A program made the position numbers and the translations under genes. Below are positions 41,566 to 55,200 of a DNA stretch of 64,000 nt, piece after piece. Source of the stretch: Phyllobates terribilis (Eukaryota). The stretch's first letter is position 1. Each line of letters starts with the position of its first letter. The stretch is taken from positions 170,252,001 to 170,316,000 of the forward strand of contig NW_027362765.1 in NCBI RefSeq assembly GCF_046119375.1. Direction: 5' to 3'. Under the pieces are notes generated by a model. It saw only the letters and a program-made list of their open reading frames with translations. It had not been told where the DNA came from and searched no databases.

Positions 41566-42320
41566 CCACACATCCAAGCTCTCGCCACCTCCTGTCGCCT
41601 CCAGCTCAAAAATATTTCCAGAATCCGTCCTTTCCTCAACCCTCCCGCCTCGACTACTGCAACATCTTCCTCTGTGGCCTACCTGCTAACACACTTGCAC
41701 CTCTCCAGTCTATCCTTAACTCTGCTGCCCGACTAGTTCATCTCTCGCCTCGCTACTCCTCTGCTTTGCAAATCCCTTCACTGGCTCCCAAGTGCCCAGC
41801 GTATCCAGTTCAAACTACTAACACTGACATACAAAGCCATCCATAACCTTTCTCCTCCGTACATCTCTGAACTAATCTCCCGAAATATTCCCTCACGTAA
41901 TCTCCAGTCCTCCCAAGACCTCCTTCTCTCCTCCACACTTATTCATTCCTCACCCAATCGCCTCCAAGACTTCTGAATGGCCCACATCCTCTGGAATTCT
42001 GTGACCCAACACGTCCGATTATCTGCCAAATTCGGATCCTTCATATGGAACCTGAAAACCCAACTCTTCAAGAAAGCTTACAACCTGGAATGACCCCGCT
42101 GCCTCCTCACCACTACCAAAGCTGCTGCAACCCCCCAACCTACTGTCTGCTTCCCCATCATCCAGTTGAATGTAAGCCCGCAAGGGCAGGGATCTCTTCC
42201 CTCCGTACCAGTCTATCATTGTTAGTTCATTTACTGTAAGTGATATCTGTATTTGGTATGTAACCCCTTCTCATGTACAGCACCACGGAATCAATGGTGC
42301 TATATAAATAAATAATAATA
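41563..42320 (+). mobile_element. 5'-truncated L2/CR1-type LINE (RT C-terminus and 3' tail)
   Basis: Translates HIQALATSCRLQLKNISRIRPFLN...SRLDYCNIFLCGLP...LQSILNSAARLVHL; ends in ...GGTGCTATATAAATAAATAATAATA. Confidence 0.85.
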
Positions 42321-42602
42321 ATTATATATATAGATATAATGTACAGTGATCTCCTGACTATAGACTATCAGGACTAGATCACACTGTGCTAGGCATATAT
42401 ATTGTATATTAAAATATATACTGAAGTGGCACTAGTAGGTCTGCCTAGCTGGGCCTGCGGCAAGTGGGACAACTACCACATGTTGTCAGTGGTTAAGGAT
42501 AGTAGGTTTAAAAGTGTCACTTGCACTGGACAGGTAGACGTAAAAAAAGGGGCAAGAGGGTCTGGAGGAAGAGTGGAGAGGCACGCAATCCAGGCTGCTT
42601 GA

Positions 42603-43200
42603 GGTCTAGTGTGAAGTTTCTATTATCAGTGATGGTTTGAGGAGCCATGTCATCTGCTGGTGTAGGTCCACTGTGTTTTATCAAGACCAAAGTCAGCGCA
42701 GCCGTCTACCAGGAAATTTTAGAGCACTTCATGCTTCCCTCTGCTGACAAGTTTTTTGGAGATGGAAATTTCATTCTCCGGCAGGACTTGGCACCTGTCC
42801 ACACTGCCAAAAGTACCAATACCTGGCTTAAAAACAACAGTATCACTGTGCTTGATTGGCCAGCAAACTCGCCTGACCTTAACCCCATAGAGAATCTATG
42901 GGGTATTGTCAAGAGGAAGATGAGAGACACCAGACCCAACAATGCAGACGAGCTGAAGGCTGCTATCAAAGCAACCTGGGCTTCCATAACACCTGAGCAG
43001 TGCCACAGGCTGATCGCCTCCATGCCACGCCGCACTGATGCAGTAATTGATGCAAAAAGAGCCCCGACCGAGTATTGACTGCATTTACTGAACATATATT
43101 TCAGTAGGCCAACATTTCGGAATATAAAAACATTTTTCAAGCTGTTGTTATAAAGTATTCTAATTTACTGAGATAATGACTTGTGTTTTCATTGGCTGTA
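42603..43200 (+). mobile_element. Tc1 family B 3' fragment
   Basis: ORF 42647-43078 (MSSAGVGPLCF...WPANSPDLNPIENLWG) plus a partial TIR; same family as 15636-16761. Confidence 0.88.
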
Positions 43201-43480
43201 CCCTGCTTCCACAGATTTAAAAAAAAATTAAACTCATGAAATAGGCCTGGACAGAAATGATGGTACTCTTAACTTAATATTTTGTTGAACAACCTTTTGA
43301 GGCAATCACTGCAATCAAACGATTCCTGTAACTGTCAATGAGACTTCTGCACCTCTCGACAGGTATTTTGGTCCACTCCTCATGAGCAAACTGCTCCAGT
43401 TATCTCGTGTTTGAAGGTTGCCTTTTCCAGACAGCATGTTTCAGCTCTTTCCAAAGATTCTCACTAGGATTTAGGTCAGG

Positions 43481-44046
43481 ACAGTGATCTCCTGACTGTA
43501 GATTATCAGGACAGGATCACACAGTGCTGGATCTCTATATAATGAACAGTGATCTCCTGACTGTAGGTTATCAGGACAGGATCACACAGTGCTGGATCTC
43601 CATATAATGTACAGTGGTCTCCTGACTGTAGATCATCAGGACAGGATCACACAGCTGGATCTCTATATAGTGTACAGTGATCTCCTGATTGTAGATCATC
43701 AGGACAGGATCACACAGCTGGATCTCTATATAGTGTACAGTGATCTCCTGACTGTAGATCATCAGGACAGGATCACACAGCGCTGGATCTCTATATAATG
43801 TACAGTGATCTCCTGACTGTAGATTATCAGGACAGGATCACACAGTGCTGGATCTCTATATAGTGTACAGTGATCTCCTGACTGTAGATTATCAGGACAG
43901 AATCACACAGTGCTGGATCTCTATATAATGTACAGTGATCTGACTGTAGATTATCAGTACAGGATCACGCTGTGCCGGATCTCTATATAGTATACAGTGA
44001 TCTCCTGACTATAGATTATAAGGACAGGGCCAGAGTGCTAGGTATA
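43481..44046. repeat. 62-65 bp tandem repeat, 9 units, each with an internal hairpin
   Basis: Unit CAGTGATCTCCTGACTGTAGATTATCAGGACAGGATCACACAGTGCTGGATCTCTATATAATGTA; unit starts at 43482, 43547, 43612, 43675, 43738, 43803, 43868, 43933, 43995. Confidence 0.95.
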
Positions 44047-44048
44047 TA

Positions 44049-45678
44049 CAGTACAGACCAAAAGTTTGGACACACCTTCTTATTTAAAGATTTTTCTGTA
44101 TTTTCATGACTATGAAAATTGTACATTCACACTGAAGGCATCAAAACTATGAATTAATACATGTGGAATTATATACTTAACAAAAAAGTGTGAAACAACT
44201 GAAAATATGTCTTCTATTCTAGGTTCTTCAAAGTAGCCAACTTTTGCTTTGATGACTGCTTTGCACACTCTTGGCATTCTCTTGATGAGCTTCATGAGGT
44301 AGTCACCAGAAATGGTTTTCACTTCACAGGTGTGCCCTGTCAGGTTTAATAAGTGGGATTTCTTGCCTTATAAATGGGGTTGGGACCATCAGTTGTGTTG
44401 TGCAGAAGTCTGGTGGATACACAGCTGATAGTCCTACTGAATAGACTGTTAGAATTTGTATTATGGCAAGAAAAAAGCAGCTAAGTAAAGAAAAATGAGT
44501 GGCCATCATTACTTTAAGAAATGGAGGTCAGTCAGTGTGAAAAATTGGGAAAACTTTGAAAGTGTCCCCAAGTGCAGTTGCAAAAACCATCAAGCGCTAC
44601 AAAGAAACGGGTTTACATGAGGACCGCCCCAGGAAAGGAAGACCAAGAGTCACCTCTGCTTCTGAGGATAAGTTTATCCGAGTCACCAGCCTCAGAAATC
44701 GCAGGTTAACAGCAGCTCAAATTAGAGACCAGGTCAATGCCACACAAAGTTCTAGCAGCAGACACATCTCTTCAACAACTGTTAAGAGGAGACTTTGTGC
44801 AGCAGGCCTTCATGGTAAAATAGCTGTTAGGAAACCACTGCTACAGACAGGCAACAAGCAGAAGAGACTTGTTTGGGCTAAAGAACACAAGGAATGGACA
44901 TTAGACCAGTGGAAATCTGTGCTTTGGTCTGATGAGTCCAAATTTGAGATCTTTGGTTCCAACCACCATGTCTTTGTGCGACGCAGAAAAGGTGAACGGA
45001 TGGACTCTACATGCCTGGTTCCCACCGTGAAGCATGGAGGAGGAGGTGTGATGGTGTGGGGGTGCTTTGCTGATGACACTGTTGGGGATTTATTCAAAAT
45101 TGAAGGCATACTGAACCAGCATGGCTACCACAGCATCTTGCAGCGGCATGCTATTCCATCCGGTTTGCGTTTAGTTGGACCATCATTTATTTTTCAACAG
45201 GACAATGACCCCAAACACACCTCCAGGCCGTGTAAGGGCTATTTGACCAAGAAGGAGAGTGATGGGGTGCTACGCCAGATGACCTGGCCTCCACAGTCAC
45301 CAGTCCTGAACCCAATCGAGATGGTTTGGGGTGAGCTGGACCGCAGAGTGAAGGCAAAAGGGCCAACAAGTGTTAAGCATCTCTGGGAACTCCTTCAAGA
45401 TTGTTGCAAGACCATTTCTGGTGACTACCTCTTGAAGCTCATCAAGAGAATGCCAAGAGTGTGCAAAGCAGTCATCAAAGCAAAGGGTGGCTACTTTGAA
45501 GAACCTAGAATATAAGACATATTTTCAGTTGTTTCACACTTTTTTGTTAAGTATATAATTCCACATGTGTTAATTCATAGTTTTGATGCCTTCAGTGTGA
45601 ATGTACAATTTTTATAGTCATGAAAATACAGAAAAAGCTTTAATTGAGAAGGTGTGTTCAAACTTTTGGTCTGTACTG
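44049..45678 (+). mobile_element. Full-length Tc1 (family D, copy 2); transposase 44463-45515 with two N-terminal nonsense codons
   Basis: TA-CAGTACAGACC...GGTCTGTACTG-TA. The frame from ATG 44463 has two TGA codons where copy 1 has CGA, then stays open (ORF 44556-45515) with WSDESK, QQDNDPKH and SPVLNPIE. Confidence 0.95.
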
Positions 45679-48600
45679 TATATAAATATATATTAGTGTG
45701 TGTGTGTGTGTGTGTGTACAGTGATCTCCTGACTGTAGTTATCAGTGTACTATCACACATTACTGGCTGGACAGGATGAAACAGTTGCAGCTAGTGATTG
45801 GCTGAGTGGGCTTTTCTGGCCATTTCCGTTGTGTCCAGATGAGACCAGCAGGTAGGCACCGCCATTTACTGCCATTCATGTACGAATACTTTTTTTTCTC
45901 TTTTCAGCCAGGGAGTTGTATAGATCAACTGGAAGCCATGGTGGAAAGGATGGGAGGCTGTAAAAATTGTGCCTTTGGGCAGGGGTGGGAGGGCAGGTTT
46001 TAGAAAGGAGAAAGACCAAGTAACTGGTTACCCCCAGAGAAAGGAGGACAGGTGGTTTACAAACTGTTTTCCATGCCGTGAATAGGGAGGATTGAAAGAG
46101 ATTGTAATAGCACTCTGGCTGTTCATTTAGTTTGTTGACTTGTTGCACCTCCGGTGATAGGATTGATGATGTTGCCAGGACATTTCTACAGTGAGGTCAT
46201 CTATATGCTGAGATTAAAGACTGAAGGGTAGCCTGTGTCAGTAGTGTAGATAATGACCTCCTTCAATTACCAGCTAAAGATTAGTGACCCCCTCCATGAA
46301 TATTTTACCATCATCACCCAATCCAGCAATTCTCAAACCATGATCTGCCAAAACCTATCATCAGTCTTCTATGTAGTAACAACCCATATAGCAAACTGCA
46401 AGTAAATAAGAAGGATCCATTTCCTCCACCTCGTGCTATAGGCTCGGCCTCCGCAGCTTTGTCATGCTCAGGTCATTGAGGTGCATCCTTAATCTCTACA
46501 TTTTTTTTTTTTTAATTAATCTAAAGATTAAAAAACATTCTTTCCATTATTAGTGCAGCTGTCTCACTTTATTCGGGTAGTATCAGCTGGCTGCGGTTCA
46601 ATGTCAATGTGACCTTCACAATTCTCCTCTATAAAATCAACAAGCTCAGCACCATTAATCTCCATGTCTCATTTCATGCCAATATGCAATCTGAGAAAGT
46701 TATTTTAAAGCCTGTACCCACTTTGCTGGCACACGCATGTATCTTGCTTCTGTTGGAGGGATAAAAAGCTACTTAATCCACTACTAATTATTTTTTAGGA
46801 ATCTGTGTGTTGCTTTCTTATGAAAGTGGATCACAATTAAAAATCAGACTTGTTTTCTGGCAAATGCATGGTAGTTTGACCATGGATGGTACTTTGGACA
46901 AACCAAATAGCCAGGTGCCCAGTGTTACCTGCTCGAAAACTGACATGTATGGTACCATTCAGTAATGATTTCATAGGTGATAACCAATCAGATTAGCAGA
47001 TGTCTGTGCAAATGATTCCCCAACATGTTGGAAAAGGCATTTTGGCAGATGGTCACTACTGACAGGTGGTGCCGCTGCATAAAGTGTTACAAGAACCTGA
47101 TATTACATCTTAGATATGTCCAAACAAATGTAACCCCCTGCTCTTTCTGTATAAACAAAATTAAGCTACTAAATTGATGTATTATAACATGACTGTTAAA
47201 GGGGTGATCCAGTATTAAAAAAAAAGTCTCTTATTTTTCAGAAACAGAAAAAGTCCTAGCTTTGTCTATGGGCTGTGCCTTGAATTACAACTCAATCTCA
47301 CTCACTTGAAAGGGAGTAATACTATTCCCAGCCAATGGACATGACTGGTTTATGTTGTGGGAAAACAATGTCCCTCTTTTTGAACACAGGCCCACCCCTT
47401 TAATACCACAGGCCGTAATCACTATTGCTGAATGTTACAAGGCTGTACTGAAGTAGTTGCCAAAAAGATGTCACCTTCACCCCCAACACCTCCTATTCTG
47501 CAGCTATTGATTGAAGCTGCACCTCACAGACTTCTCATCCCATTTTTCTCCTGTACTTGGCCAAAAGACAAGAGAGCGCGGCATCCCCTTCATTGTTTAG
47601 ACAGCTCCATACAGCACAGCTCTGCACTTATTGTAGTGAAACTATGTCACTCGTCACTGATCAGCTGCAATCTGCTCTGGCAGTAGGCAGATGTAAGAGA
47701 TCTACAGGGCAGGACACAGTAGCCCAATACATTGCTTAGTGGCCACCACCAAGTTCTGCAGCTCATATCTCCATAGTTAAGGCTGTAAGTAAACCGGAAA
47801 TCAGGAGAAGCAGTTCAGGGTAAGGGCTAATGTAGATGTCCATGAACCTCGGTCAAAGCACGGATTGCAATGCAGACTGTCCACTGGTCTCCTAACCTGA
47901 GCTTGACACCCTTATAGGCATGTATGAGTCTGAGTTGGGACACTGACGGACAGTCCGTGCATTGCTATCCGTACTCGGACCGAGTTTCATGGACTTCTCC
48001 ATGAGCCCTTACCCTGTCTGCCCTAAGGCTCATGGTCTACCTCTATAAAAGAAATAGCACAGTCAGAAGACACAACCGAGTCAGACGATTCTAGGTAGAG
48101 CAGGGTTTGGGTTGCAGGCAGGTGCACTGTAATCTTGACCATGACAAGGAATAATTCTGTTTATTACTTTACTGAAGTGATTATTCAGACAAACACAAAG
48201 GCGATGGGTAATGAATGTGAAAATACTTCTGAAGAGAAGAGCTGAAAGCGTAGCAGAGTTGAAGTATTTGGAAAGGGATGGCACTGTGTAGGAAAAATCC
48301 GAGCATGGGCTGTAGCACTCTGTGAAGCTCTAAATTCTGACTGTCGTCAGGAATCCTAAATTTTTTCTTGAACTCCATCGACAGCCTGTCTTTTGCTTAT
48401 ACAGTAAATCTTGTTGAACATTTTTATGTATCTCTCTTTTGGATAAAGCTTAGTCGCATCCACTATGGCCACCATAAGTCATCCAACAGGGTTTGTCACT
48501 ATTGTGCTTTCCTGGGATCCTGACATTATACCACAGCACCAAAGCAGGCTAAAGCAACTCTTAGGATCGGACTACTATATTAATTGTAATTTTTCTCCAG

Positions 48601-49023
48601 AGTGGGATATTAATAAAAAAACAAAAACAGTTGCATAAAACATATAATAACTTGACACAAGACAAAGACTCTTTAAAAAGAACAGTCACTTTGGAAGTAT
48701 TTTGCCCTAAAAAGTTGTAATTAAAATAAACGTATGTTCGGATCTTAATGTAGGACAGGGTTTAGCCTTCTTACAATCGGGGTATGCTATGAGTTGTAGT
48801 CTCATAAAAGCTGTTTTTCTGTAGGGTGTTGACCCCTGGTGCAGGAGAAAGATTCTATTTGAAGGGTGAAAACATCTCTATATATATATAACATGATTGA
48901 ATAGAAGGAAGTGGGCATGGTTGCCAGAAAATGAGCTAGGTAGTGGCATGGTGGGCTATAGAGTGGAGGAGAACAGAAAGCTGAGGACAATAGGTAAAAG
49001 ATGGAAGTTAATATTGGCAATTA

Positions 49024-49245
49024 TCATTCGATGAGATTGACCAGAAAATTTTCTTCGTCCACCTCAATACATTCTTCTTCCTCGTTATCTCCACCATTTT
49101 CCACTTTTTGCTTGCACGGGATAACCAGGACAGCAGTGCCAGGCCCAACACTCTCCTTCTCGCTGCTGTCCAAGGTCTCAGGGGGGTAAAACTGTCTTGC
49201 AATAGATACAAACTCTGTTACCATGTCGAGAACGATGAGCCGGTC
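49024..49245 (-). CDS. mreg-like: MREG-like exon 5 (coding part)
   Basis: Acceptor gtttttcag; DRLIVLDMVTEFVSIARQFYPP...EENFLVNLIE*. Confidence 0.88.
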   Translation of the reverse strand, partial: DRLIVLDMVTEFVSIARQFYPPETLDSSEKESVGPGTAVLVIPCKQKVENGGDNEEEECIEVDEENFLVNLIE

Positions 49246-52200
49246 CTGAAAAACATTAGGTTCCCATGTTATAAATAAATAGTGTCATCTTTATGGACTC
49301 ATCTCTGTTCTCTATAGTGTTACGCTCTCCATAACAAAAACCATAAGGGGCTTCCTCATCCTCATCATCAGCGCTAACAGATCTCTGCGGAATGAAACAC
49401 TCCAGAGCTGACATTTAACACTTGTAATTAGTGTCTGTTCTGTCACCACTTACAGCAAATCACACAATCCAGAACATTGTGTTACGAGCCTGAGGGAAGA
49501 AGGTGGTGGAGGGGGGCGATGGAGGGACCTTTCAATGAAGACCATAAATTCAACTACTCCTGCACTGCAGAGATTCACCATGTCAAATATGGATATTCTA
49601 TTACTGTACATACTGTTCAAAAGCCTTGGATGAAAAGTTAATCTTCAGAAGGAGAGCCAGGGGTCAGATATTGTTCCCATCATAGATCTGGAGATGTTTT
49701 ATGAGGTGCTATACAAATCTTACATGAGTTCTAATTATCAGAAACTGATCTGATTCGTATATGGCATATTAATGATACGCTTATAAAATAAACCATATAT
49801 TAATCTCTCATCTACCCAATACATAACATTTAAAATAGTTAAACCCCTGGAAGGGCCACTGATCATCATCGCCTTTCTACACTTCTTCTACAGTAAACTA
49901 TGTGGGGTGGTAAGATATGAGGAGTGTGCCACATGGGAAGATGAGCAGAGAGGTCATATTGGCATGAACTGATAAAATACCAACTAGGAGGACATAGCGC
50001 AAAGCTAAAATCAAATACTGTATCTGGATTTTGTTTTATTAAAGGTTCCCTGAAATTAATCTATAATTTGTTTAGAACCTGATTAATAGGAACTGGACAG
50101 TATTTGAAAGAAGTTCTAAATTAAAGTGAATAATACTCTTGCAAAAGGAAGAAGGCCACATCTTCTGTTCAACAAACTCAAGTTGTATGGCTCCCACCTG
50201 ATATCTGAATAACTGGGGGAGTCACTGGACTTACCCCTTTTTCTTGGCTTTGATTGTCATGTGATTATAAATGAGTTATATAACATAATGGTCCTGTATC
50301 TGCTCTTAAAGGGTTGTGCAGGATTATAAAAACATGGTTGTTGTTCACAATGGCTTTATCTTGTTGTACTAAGCTCAGGTCCATTTATGTAAATGGGGCT
50401 CAGTGGAAAAATCACACCCAATCTGTGGACAAGTGCGGAAGTGTTTTTGGAAGCACAAAGTAAAGTTTTTCCTATTTTACACAACTCTTTTGATGATATG
50501 TTCTGATGTCATACAAGTCTAAAGGACCCCCATACACATTAGAGTATTGTCAGCCGCACCCGACGATATTGACGAGATTGGACAACAATCTAATGTGTAT
50601 GGTGCCACCAGCCAACTGATTGGCAGGGAATATGTTGATCAGGGATGTCCGATTTCAGACTGCGGATCGCCTTGTTCTCCCAGAGATAAGCCACCAGCAG
50701 AGATGTCTATCAGTGACTTTCTCACAGAACGAGTGATCCTATGTATGGGATACACCCAAGATGGCTTAACAGCTATATAACACATATGGCCGGCTTAAAT
50801 CTTTGGTGTCGTAGGATCTGAGGGAGTATGTGGAAATCTTTAGTCTTCCTCTTGACTTACCAGAACAAATAGGTACCTCTCAGGAGGTGGAAGGTTGTGC
50901 TGTTCAAATATGCTGGTCTCCTGGGCCAACAGGTTGAGCAGACGACGAGCCTCTGTGGGGTCCAGCATACTATTATAGGAGTGGTTGGAGGTCACAGTGA
51001 GCAAAGAATCTGCTTCATTATGAAAACCTGAGTGTGAAAGAAAGAATCTGAGTAAAGACTGGAAAAATAAGGGTATATTCACACAAATGGATGGAAAACC
51101 AAAGGGAAATTTGCAGCTGTACTGAATTGTGCAAATTTTGGTTGTGATTTATTTTTCGAATTTTCCTGTGGAAAACAGCAGGACATCTGCAATAAAAGCA
51201 ATACATTCACCTCCTCTGGCAGTTGTTGAATACTGCTCCAGTCCCCACATTTTTTGGCCTCCAGCTCAGATATCTGATCACAAGTGATCACTACGGGCTG
51301 GACGTACAGAGACTGGAGGGGGACAAGGGGGTGATTGTCACATGACCATCAGGAGAAGTTTTCAACTTTTCTTATTTTTAACTCATCTGAATGTACATAT
51401 TCTGCAACAGAAACTACAGAAAATTGGGATTTGTCACAGATTTTATCTAGCACCAACCCCCCACAATGAACTCAATGGGAACAATCCACCAGAATCTGAA
51501 CAAAATCCAGTCTGCAACAATGTGGACAGTCCATGGATTCTGCAGGCAATGCATCAGGTTTTTTTGCCATGTCAGATATACAGATTAAACCTTGTGAAAA
51601 TATTCGGTAATCATTGGCTCACCTAGATTTTCCAGAAGAGCCCTCCAACGATCCTTCACATCTTTACGGATCTGTCTGTGGGCGCCGATATCAAAACTCA
51701 GTCGGCGGTAACCCTGAGTAAGAGGTGGAAAATCACAAGCATCTCATAGAAAGATACAACGCTATTCATCTTCACCTGTCTTCCTGAGCATGCTGGCCAT
51801 TGCTGACTTCAAAGATCATGTATCTCTTTCTGTCATCTTAGGTCTGTATTCTTAGCCTTTAATCCTTCATCGTATTTCCAGTGATTTTCAGAGTGACCTG
51901 ACCTTAATATTGAAAATCTGAAGACTATATTAAATTCTCAATTATATTCAATGATCAGCCCAAAAACCGACAGTACAATTAGGACTAAAGTTTTGTTAGT
52001 CTTTTTAGTGAAGTCTTTACTGCTCACTATCGTAAAAATAACTTTTTGCTCTTAGGCTACATTCACACACTGCGTATTTGCTGCTTTTTTTTTACTCGCG
52101 CGTATTTTCCTGCAGTTTTTACCTGCGTTTTTTTTCGCAGGTGAAAAAAACACCTCCATTCACACACTGAGTTTTTTGCTGCGTTTTTTTACGCATGCGT

Positions 52201-55200
52201 TTTTTCTGCAATGTACACTACAAAGACAGACAAAGTTTGTTGAAAAAAAAAAAGAGAAAAAAAAAAGTGTCATTGATGTCATTTCCTGTCTTCTCTACTG
52301 AGAAGAGATTATACACTGAATTTCATGAAATAATTAAAAAAAAAATTGACGTGGGGCTTCGCCCTATTTTTGTGTCCAGCCAGGTACAGCAGGCAGGAAC
52401 GGGCAGCCCCCAACCACCAGCTGCCTATTTGTACCTGGCCGGACACAATATAGGGAAGCCCTTTTTTTTTTTATTATTTCATGAATTTCATGAAATAATT
52501 AAAAAAAAAAATACGTGGGGCTTCGCCCTATTTTTGTGTCCAGCCAGGTACAACTAGGCAGCTGGGGGCTGGAATCCGCAGCGCAGGGAGGCCCAAGCTT
52601 TCTGGGCCCCCCCCGCTGCAAATTGCAGTCCGCAGCCACGCCAGAAAATGGCGCGTTCATAGAAGCGCCATCTTCTGGCGCTGTACCCAACTCATCCAGG
52701 GCCCTGGTGCCGTGGCTCACTGGGTAATAAAGGGGTTAGGGCCAGCTTGGTGTTATCAGCTGGCCCTAAGCCCGAAATTCATGGGGTCACGCCAATATTA
52801 GACATGACCGCCATGAATTTCTAGTAAAGTATTTAAAAAAAACACAACACCCAGAATAAAGTCCTTTAATTGAAATAAACACACAATTTTTTAATGTTCT
52901 AAATTAAACCATACTTACCATCACGACCCATTCCAGCTGAAGCCAATGTCTTCTACAATAAAAGTAAAATAATAATAAAACCTCATCCTTACCTTTCCAT
53001 GGTTCCCAGGACAGCTTCAGCTCTGCTACAGTCACATGACAGGCTGGATCGCAGCAGAAAGCTGCCATCCAGCTTGCCATGCCACAGACACTGAGAAGCG
53101 CAGGCATGCTTGCGCTCCTCAGTGTCTGGCTGTGACGGCATCCAGATGAGCCGAGATCATGTCCAATGAACTCGGCTCACCTCATGCACGTCACTGACAG
53201 CGTGGGAAAATTCTCCTGCGCTCAGCGCTTGAGCAGGAGAATTCTCCCACGCTGGGATGGCATTGAGATGACAGGCTGGATCGCAGCTGAGCGCTGCCAT
53301 CCAGCTTTTCATCCTTCAACCGGACCGGACGCCTCTCCCATCCATCGGATAGGTGAATATCCATAGTTTTTTTCTTTTAAGTTAAGCTGTGTATGTACTG
53401 CAGCCAGAAGCTGTCTGTACGTACACTGCTAGGGGGACACTCACACTCACACACACGATACATAGACACAGACAGTACACACATGACACACAGACACATA
53501 CATTACACATACATATACTTACCGCCTCGATGAGGACACCGACATTGATGGACGTCACACGTGAGCAGCGGCGGGGAACCAGGAACAAAGAATCCCAAAA
53601 TAGTGGGATTTCCTGTTCCTGTTTTCCCTAGGGCTGCCCCCGTGTGACGTCACATCCTTCATTTCTCCTGCACCTCCGTAAAAAAGCGCTGGAATTACGC
53701 AGTGTGCGAACACCGCTGCGTACTTCCATCGCTTATAAAGGGCACAATATCGGAGAAAGCGCAGGCCGCGGTGCGTAAAGAATTGACATGTAAATTCTTT
53801 ACGCAGCTGCGCTTTCGCGTTGCGTAAAATTAAACAGTGTCTGAACAGCAAAGTGAATTTCCCATTCACTTTGCCGGCAGACACAAGGCACATTGCATAT
53901 TTTGAAAAGGCGTGCGCAAAAAAGCGTGCAAAAATACGCAGTGTGTGAACGTAGCCTCCTTTATGCCCACTGCTCCAATGAGTATTACATTTTTTTTTTC
54001 TTTGTAAATCCACCATATGGTTACAAAGAGATATTTCTATATATTACTATTTGATGCTTATTTGTACAGTCTTTACAAGGGGGTGGTGCTTGCCAGATTC
54101 TCTGGAGGCATGTCTTTAGGGTGCTCTGCATTATTACATTGTGAGGACCACCCACCTTGGTAAAAAAACATATAATTAGCACAAAATAATAAGGAACGGT
54201 ATAGCAGATTTAAAAAAAAAGGGAAGAAAAAATGAGAACAAAAACCAGTTTCTCTTGATCTGGCGTCAGGTCCTCTTTAAGACCTATTATTGCTTATTTC
54301 AGCAACATTGCTGAAAGCATATCTTTGCATTTTACTATCATTTTCAGATCCAACATTCTGTTCTCAACGATTTCTTAATAGGTCTACATAAAAAGGTCAA
54401 AGCTCCATTTTTCTGGCATAGAGCGCCAAATCTCTTGCATATAAATAGCACTGAAAAGTAGTAAGGTAATGGGGGGTCTTCGAAAAGAAGTTGGACTGTA
54501 TGTATAATAGACAGGGTGGTCTTTTACATATATGCTTCTCCATGGTTTTTCTTTTGTATGGCCTTGTGGTTACCCCACAGTTGACATGGTTGTTGATGTT
54601 TAAAGACTAAAATTACATCTAAATTTGCTGGGACTGTCCCAATTTTCTGGAAACAATCTTGGCAAATTTAGAGAAAACAAGGTTTTCATATGCCTTACCC
54701 CAAAAATTTGCAACCTATTTTGCGGTTCCCAAACCAGAATTTAAACATCTTTATTTGAAAAATATCGACGTTGGTAAATATGGAACTACTGTTCCTCCAG
54801 TCCAAGTAAAATCTCCAACCATCTTTGTACATGCTCTTTGTCCTGCTGTTCCGTCGGCTTCTGATATTCACGATTTCCCGTCACTTACTGACCTCTGAGC
54901 CCCTCCGGGTCCGTGCTCGCTTCTGCAGCAAGTTGTACAGCTCTCGATCGTCGTCTCTTTCAGTGTGAGACACATCTTGGGGCTCATTCCACAAGTTTGC
55001 TTCTTCTGCTCTCCGACGTTTCACCTCCCGGGCAAAGTACAAGAGGGTATCGCTACAATACAAATAGATCCCTGAGCACAAACTGTCCCAAGTTACGACA
55101 AGGATTCCCTCATGCACGGTGACATTTGACAAGCATCTGCTTTTCCTGAAGAGGTTGTTTGTAGGAGAACTTTAGGTCACTTGGAAACTTCACCAATACA

